Program-made: the position numbers and the translations under genes | Source: Escherichia coli | GTDB taxonomy: Bacteria > Pseudomonadota > Gammaproteobacteria > Enterobacterales > Enterobacteriaceae | Assembly (NCBI RefSeq): GCF_036504765.1 | Contig: NZ_AP027790.1 | DNA length: 32,000 nt | Strand: one strand, 5' to 3' | In this document: one piece after another, positions 27,764 through 32,000 of the stretch | Numbering within the stretch: the stretch's first letter is position 1 | Layout: each line of letters starts with the position of its first letter | The notes under the pieces: model-generated | Databases searched by the model: none | Seen by the model: only the letters and a program-made list of their open reading frames with translations | Told to the model about the DNA's origin: nothing

Positions 27764-28255
27764 TCACGCTTTATTTTTGATTTCCTGCTCACGGTGAGCC
27801 GTCTTTGCACTACGCGCCGCCAGCCACAGGCCGCTGTTTTTCATTGCGTAACCAAATACCAGCCCAAGCGCCAGCGAAGGTAACACCAGTTTCCAGTCAC
27901 CCTGCCCGGCAAACGTCGCGCATGCGCCTATAAACGTCCCCGGAACAAATGAAAGCAGCAGCTGTTTGGCCTGAATACACATCAGAAACGCGACAATACC
28001 GGTTATGACATAACCGAGAATTTCCAGATGTGGTGCCAGTGCACTACCGTAAATAATGACCATCGCCCACACCACGCCACTAAGCAGGGTTGCAGCGGAG
28101 ATCGCCAGCCCTTTCAGCCCACCTTGCGGGCAGGCAAAGTAGGCCGTACAGCCCAGGAAGCCCGCCCAGCTTAGTAAGCCCAGGGAAACAGCCACCCATC
28201 CCCAGATACCGGAGAGAATGCCTGTTGTGATTGCAATAGAGAGAAGTATGTTCAT
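27764..28255 (-). CDS. ycdZ: Inner membrane protein YcdZ (DUF1097)
   Basis: 163 aa from MNILLSIAITTGILSGIWGWVAVSLGLLSWAGFLGC. The track ORF is extended to 28303. Confidence 0.9.
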   Translation of the reverse strand: MNILLSIAITTGILSGIWGWVAVSLGLLSWAGFLGCTAYFACPQGGLKGLAISAATLLSGVVWAMVIIYGSALAPHLEILGYVITGIVAFLMCIQAKQLLLSFVPGTFIGACATFAGQGDWKLVLPSLALGLVFGYAMKNSGLWLAARSAKTAHREQEIKNKA

Positions 28256-28356
28256 GCCGCGCATGATAGCAGAAAACGCGGCCATGAATGAGATCGAGCA
28301 CACATTTTATGCAACAACAAATTATCTGTTGCAGTTATGAGTGACGATGATCACAT

Positions 28357-28911
28357 TTACTCTTCAGAATCTTCTTCCAGCTCGTCCCACATTGCACTAA
28401 TGGCATCACGGGTTAGCGGTGCCATGGTGCGCCAGAAAGGCGTGGTTGCATGGGCCTCCACTTTGCCGAGGAACGCACCACACCAGGGTAACAGATACTC
28501 ACTGAACAGTGTTTCCAGTGCTTCGCTCTCATCTTCCGTTGACTGATCTTCCAGCCAGGAAGCCGCAAGCAGCAATGTGCCGATGTGATCGGCTGGCGTA
28601 TCCGCCAGTGGCATCCCTCGTTCGGAAAGAAAAGCGCGCACTTCCGCTTCCGTTGCGTCCTCAACCCATGCGCTACGATATGGCGGCACGGCACATTCAT
28701 CGCCGATAAACAACGCATTGTAATCGGCAGAGACTTGCGCCATATCACAGCTTTTCTGTAAACGCGTCAGTAACTCATCCTGCTCCAGTGGCCAGTTCGC
28801 AGCCAGTTTCCCCTCACGAATCAGGGTAAACAGCGGCACCAGTAAAGGATCTTGCGGTTGGCGGTAATAGAGCGAACCCAGCACACGACAGAGGATAGAA
28901 AACTCGTTCAT
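28357..28911 (-). CDS. ycdY: Chaperone YcdY (TorD/DmsD family)
   Basis: 184 aa, MNEFSILCRVLGSLYYRQPQDPLLVPLFTLIREGKLAANWPLEQDELL... Confidence 0.93.
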   Translation of the reverse strand: MNEFSILCRVLGSLYYRQPQDPLLVPLFTLIREGKLAANWPLEQDELLTRLQKSCDMAQVSADYNALFIGDECAVPPYRSAWVEDATEAEVRAFLSERGMPLADTPADHIGTLLLAASWLEDQSTEDESEALETLFSEYLLPWCGAFLGKVEAHATTPFWRTMAPLTRDAISAMWDELEEDSEE

Positions 28912-28934
28912 TAATATATTTCCATTACTAGTAA

Positions 28935-29672
28935 TTAAAGGTCTGCAAATTCCGCAATCGGTGCCATACCGCGAGATTCAAGGAAGTTCAGTAAGCGGCG
29001 CGGCGAAACATTCAAAATGCGCTCTGGCGGAAAATCTACCGCGTCGAGGATTTTAAGACACTCTTCAAATTCCCCCATGGTAAACGCGGTGTGAGAATCC
29101 GAGCCTAATGCCACCCAACCTCCAGCATCACGTACCGCTGCGGCTACCGCACGACAGTTGTCTTCACTGCCCTTACGTGAGTGTAAAAATGAAGAATTAT
29201 TGATTTCCAGCGCCACCTGATGTTTCGCGGCTGCTTCAGCAACGGCTTTCACATCTATTTCATATTTGGGATTTCCGGGATGGCTTATTATATGCACATT
29301 GCCGCTGGCGATAGTGGCGATCATCGCTTGTGTATTGGTCGCTTTGTCATGTGGTGCAAAAACCGGCTCATGAAAACCGGCAATAATCAGATCCAGCGAG
29401 TCAAACATTTTACCGCTGCAATCAATTTCACCATCAACATTTTTAATGTTAGCTTCGATGCCGCGCAGGATCCCTACCCCATCAACCACTCGCGGCCAGA
29501 TACGCATGTTAATGAAGTGCCAGTGATGCGGAGCATCTTCCATATCCGGGCCATGATCGGTGATCGCAAAAAGTTTAATGCCCTTTTGTTTGGCCTGGGC
29601 AATGTAATCACTCAATGTGCTATATGCATGTGTGCTGGCAACGGTATGCATATGAAGGTCGACGGGATACAT
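28935..29672 (-). CDS. ycdX: PHP-domain zinc phosphatase YcdX
   Basis: 245 aa, [44 protein letters not shown]..., a PHP metal-binding signature. Confidence 0.95.
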
Positions 29673-29726
29673 AACTCTCTCCTGTATTCAATTCCCGCCA
29701 AGGATAGCAGGAATCCTGATGCTTTA

Positions 29727-30704
<978 letters not shown>

Positions 30705-30898
30705 TTATCGTTATGATCTACAAAGGCCACCAGCATAACAAATCCGTGGTCGGTGGCAAAAAAAGCAGATTTCGCTTATTAAAACCACACATTGATTGAA
30801 GTTTGAATAAACGCGCGATTTTTTCAAAAAGTTTGTTGACCTCAGGTCATGATTTCCCTAAATTAGCGCCCGTTCCAGCAAGACAGGAACGACAATTT

Positions 30899-30986
30899 GG
30901 TGAGGTGTCCGAGTGGCTGAAGGAGCACGCCTGGAAAGTGTGTATACGGCAACGTATCGGGGGTTCGAATCCCCCCCTCACCGCCA
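30899..30986 (+). tRNA. serX: tRNA-Ser (anticodon GGA), 88 nt with a long variable arm and encoded CCA
   Basis: ggtgaggtgtccgagtggctgaaggagcacgcctGGAaagtgtgtatacggcaacgtatcgggggttcgaatccccccctcaccgcca. The acceptor stem ggtgagg pairs with cctcacc, and the T-loop ggttcgaatcc is present. Its position next to ghrA matches K-12. Confidence 0.95.
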
Positions 30987-31047
30987 TATTTAAAGAAGAG
31001 CTCGTACGAAAGTACGGGCTTTTTTTTCGTATATTGCACACACCGGG
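30968..31047 (+). repeat. 80 bp direct repeat, copy 1 (last 19 nt of serX, its terminator and 19 nt beyond)
   Basis: It is identical to 31149-31228 except for one base (gagctcgtacg versus gagcccgtacg). Confidence 0.95.
30999..31028 (+). terminator. serX rho-independent terminator
   Basis: agctcgtac gaaa gtacgggct followed by T8. Confidence 0.85.
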
Positions 31048-31148
31048 GGGATGAGAAGCCCCGACCGGGGTTCGACAACTGGCGACAGCCAGTTGGACAG
31101 ACCGTGAACGCAGTGAGCGGGCTGCCCGCAGGGCGAGCGAAGCGAGTC

Positions 31149-31228
31149 AATCCCCCCCTCACCGCCATATTTAAAGAAGAGCCCGTACGAAAGTACGGGC
31201 TTTTTTTTCGTATATTGCACACACCGGG
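31149..31228 (+). repeat. 80 bp direct repeat, copy 2 (duplicated serX 3' end plus terminator; att-type scar)
   Basis: See copy 1. The offset is 181 bp. Confidence 0.95.
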
Positions 31229-31359
31229 TGCCCCCGCCCACGTCTGTTAGGGCGAGGGGAAATTGTGCACATCAACTGTCTGGTTACTCAGTCAACAATC
31301 AAAATGCGCAAGATAGTAGAGAACATATATGCGTTATCTGGTCACTTCCTGTAACTTCC

Positions 31360-32000
31360 TCACTTATTAAAATGCCCCCAACGGAAATACATGTCACATG
31401 CCATCATAAAATCGTTATGCCAGAGGCATCGACAATGGAAAAAATAGTAAATTAAGCACGGTACATAGCAGAGTAAAAAATAGGCTTCAAACCAAATCCG
31501 CCATTCTACAAGCGTTGCCAATACCGACACCAGCGTAATCCACATCATTTCAATAACCAGCAATATGAATAACCGAAGCCAAAGCGGCTTGGCAAAAAAG
31601 GTCGACAACGCATTTTCACTGGAGAAAAACAGATCGATTTCCTGCAAAAAAAGCCTGCCCAGAAAAGCGTACCGCTTGGAGAAGCGCAGAAAAAACAGAT
31701 TAATCGCCAACACTACGCCACAAAGAATGAGCAATGCAATTATCGATTTAAACGTTAACCACTGCCCCTCTGTCACAAAAGAATCACTGTTACGTAACGG
31801 GCTGATAGTAAGCAGGTTAACAACCGTTGAGATGCACACCGAAAGCAGCACATAGCGAGTCAGACTTTTATATTTTACTTTTTTCGCTACTGAAATAGCG
31901 ACCTGCTTGACATAACTGGTGCGGATCATCCGAAACAGCAGAAAGATGACCAACGGCCCAAGTAACGAAATCAGGAACAGCGCATATAACGAGGGTAGAA
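31360..32000 (-). CDS. ycdU: Inner membrane protein YcdU, C-terminal part; the gene continues past the window end
   Basis: The hydrophobic ORF stays open to position 32000. The track's 'M' at 31953 is a TTG codon inside the frame. The position beside serX matches K-12. Confidence 0.8.
   Translation of the reverse strand, partial: LPSLYALFLISLLGPLVIFLLFRMIRTSYVKQVAISVAKKVKYKSLTRYVLLSVCISTVVNLLTISPLRNSDSFVTEGQWLTFKSIIALLILCGVVLAINLFFLRFSKRYAFLGRLFLQEIDLFFSSENALSTFFAKPLWLRLFILLVIEMMWITLVSVLATLVEWRIWFEAYFLLCYVPCLIYYFFHCRCLWHNDFMMACDMYFRWGHFNK

Noticed and set aside
30803-31241. ORFs of 64-119 aa overlapping serX and the duplicated terminator region on both strands
   Set aside because: They run through a tRNA gene and its repeats. 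The two similar minus-strand translations just reflect the 80 bp DNA duplication.

Overview
This is an Escherichia coli chromosomal segment from the curli / osmoregulated-periplasmic-glucan neighbourhood, inverted relative to the K-12 map. The gene order is trhO(yceA, partial)-lpxL-mdtG-msyB-yceK-opgH-opgG-opgC-clsC-ymdB-ymdA, then an insertion, then csgC-csgA-csgB / csgD-csgE-csgF-csgG-ycdZ-ycdY-ycdX-ghrA-serX(tRNA-Ser GGA)-ycdU(partial). I recognised these core genes directly from the translated ORFs. Several ORF-track entries are over-extended at the N-terminus, and I trimmed them to the known starts. The only clearly accessory block lies between ymdA and csgC (about 11.9-23.2 kb). It holds an apparently complete filamentous-phage (inovirus) prophage of roughly 10.7 kb, with all genes on the + strand and an Ff-like morphogenesis module: gVII/gIX-like micro-ORFs, major coat, g3p-like, g6p-like, pI/Zot, pIV secretin. 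Four things about it are unusual. (1) An IS110-family DEDD/serine recombinase sits at its left edge, and I found no tyrosine integrase or dif-like site, which raises the possibility of bridge-RNA-guided phage integration. (2) A TraX-family (F-pilin N-acetylase-like) gene is translationally coupled to the assembly ATPase gene. (3) A GC-rich ~0.9 kb non-coding block contains two direct repeats with a 340 bp period. Each carries a hairpin plus AAGCGG that closely resembles the ColE1/pBR322 primosome assembly site. (4) GC-only palindromes are embedded in the 3' end of the replication gene. A small AT-rich two-gene cassette sits between the prophage and csgC. An 80 bp duplication of the serX 3' end plus its terminator marks an att-type scar. 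I saw no CRISPR arrays, rRNA genes or recognisable defence systems. Prophage boundaries could not be fixed from this window alone.
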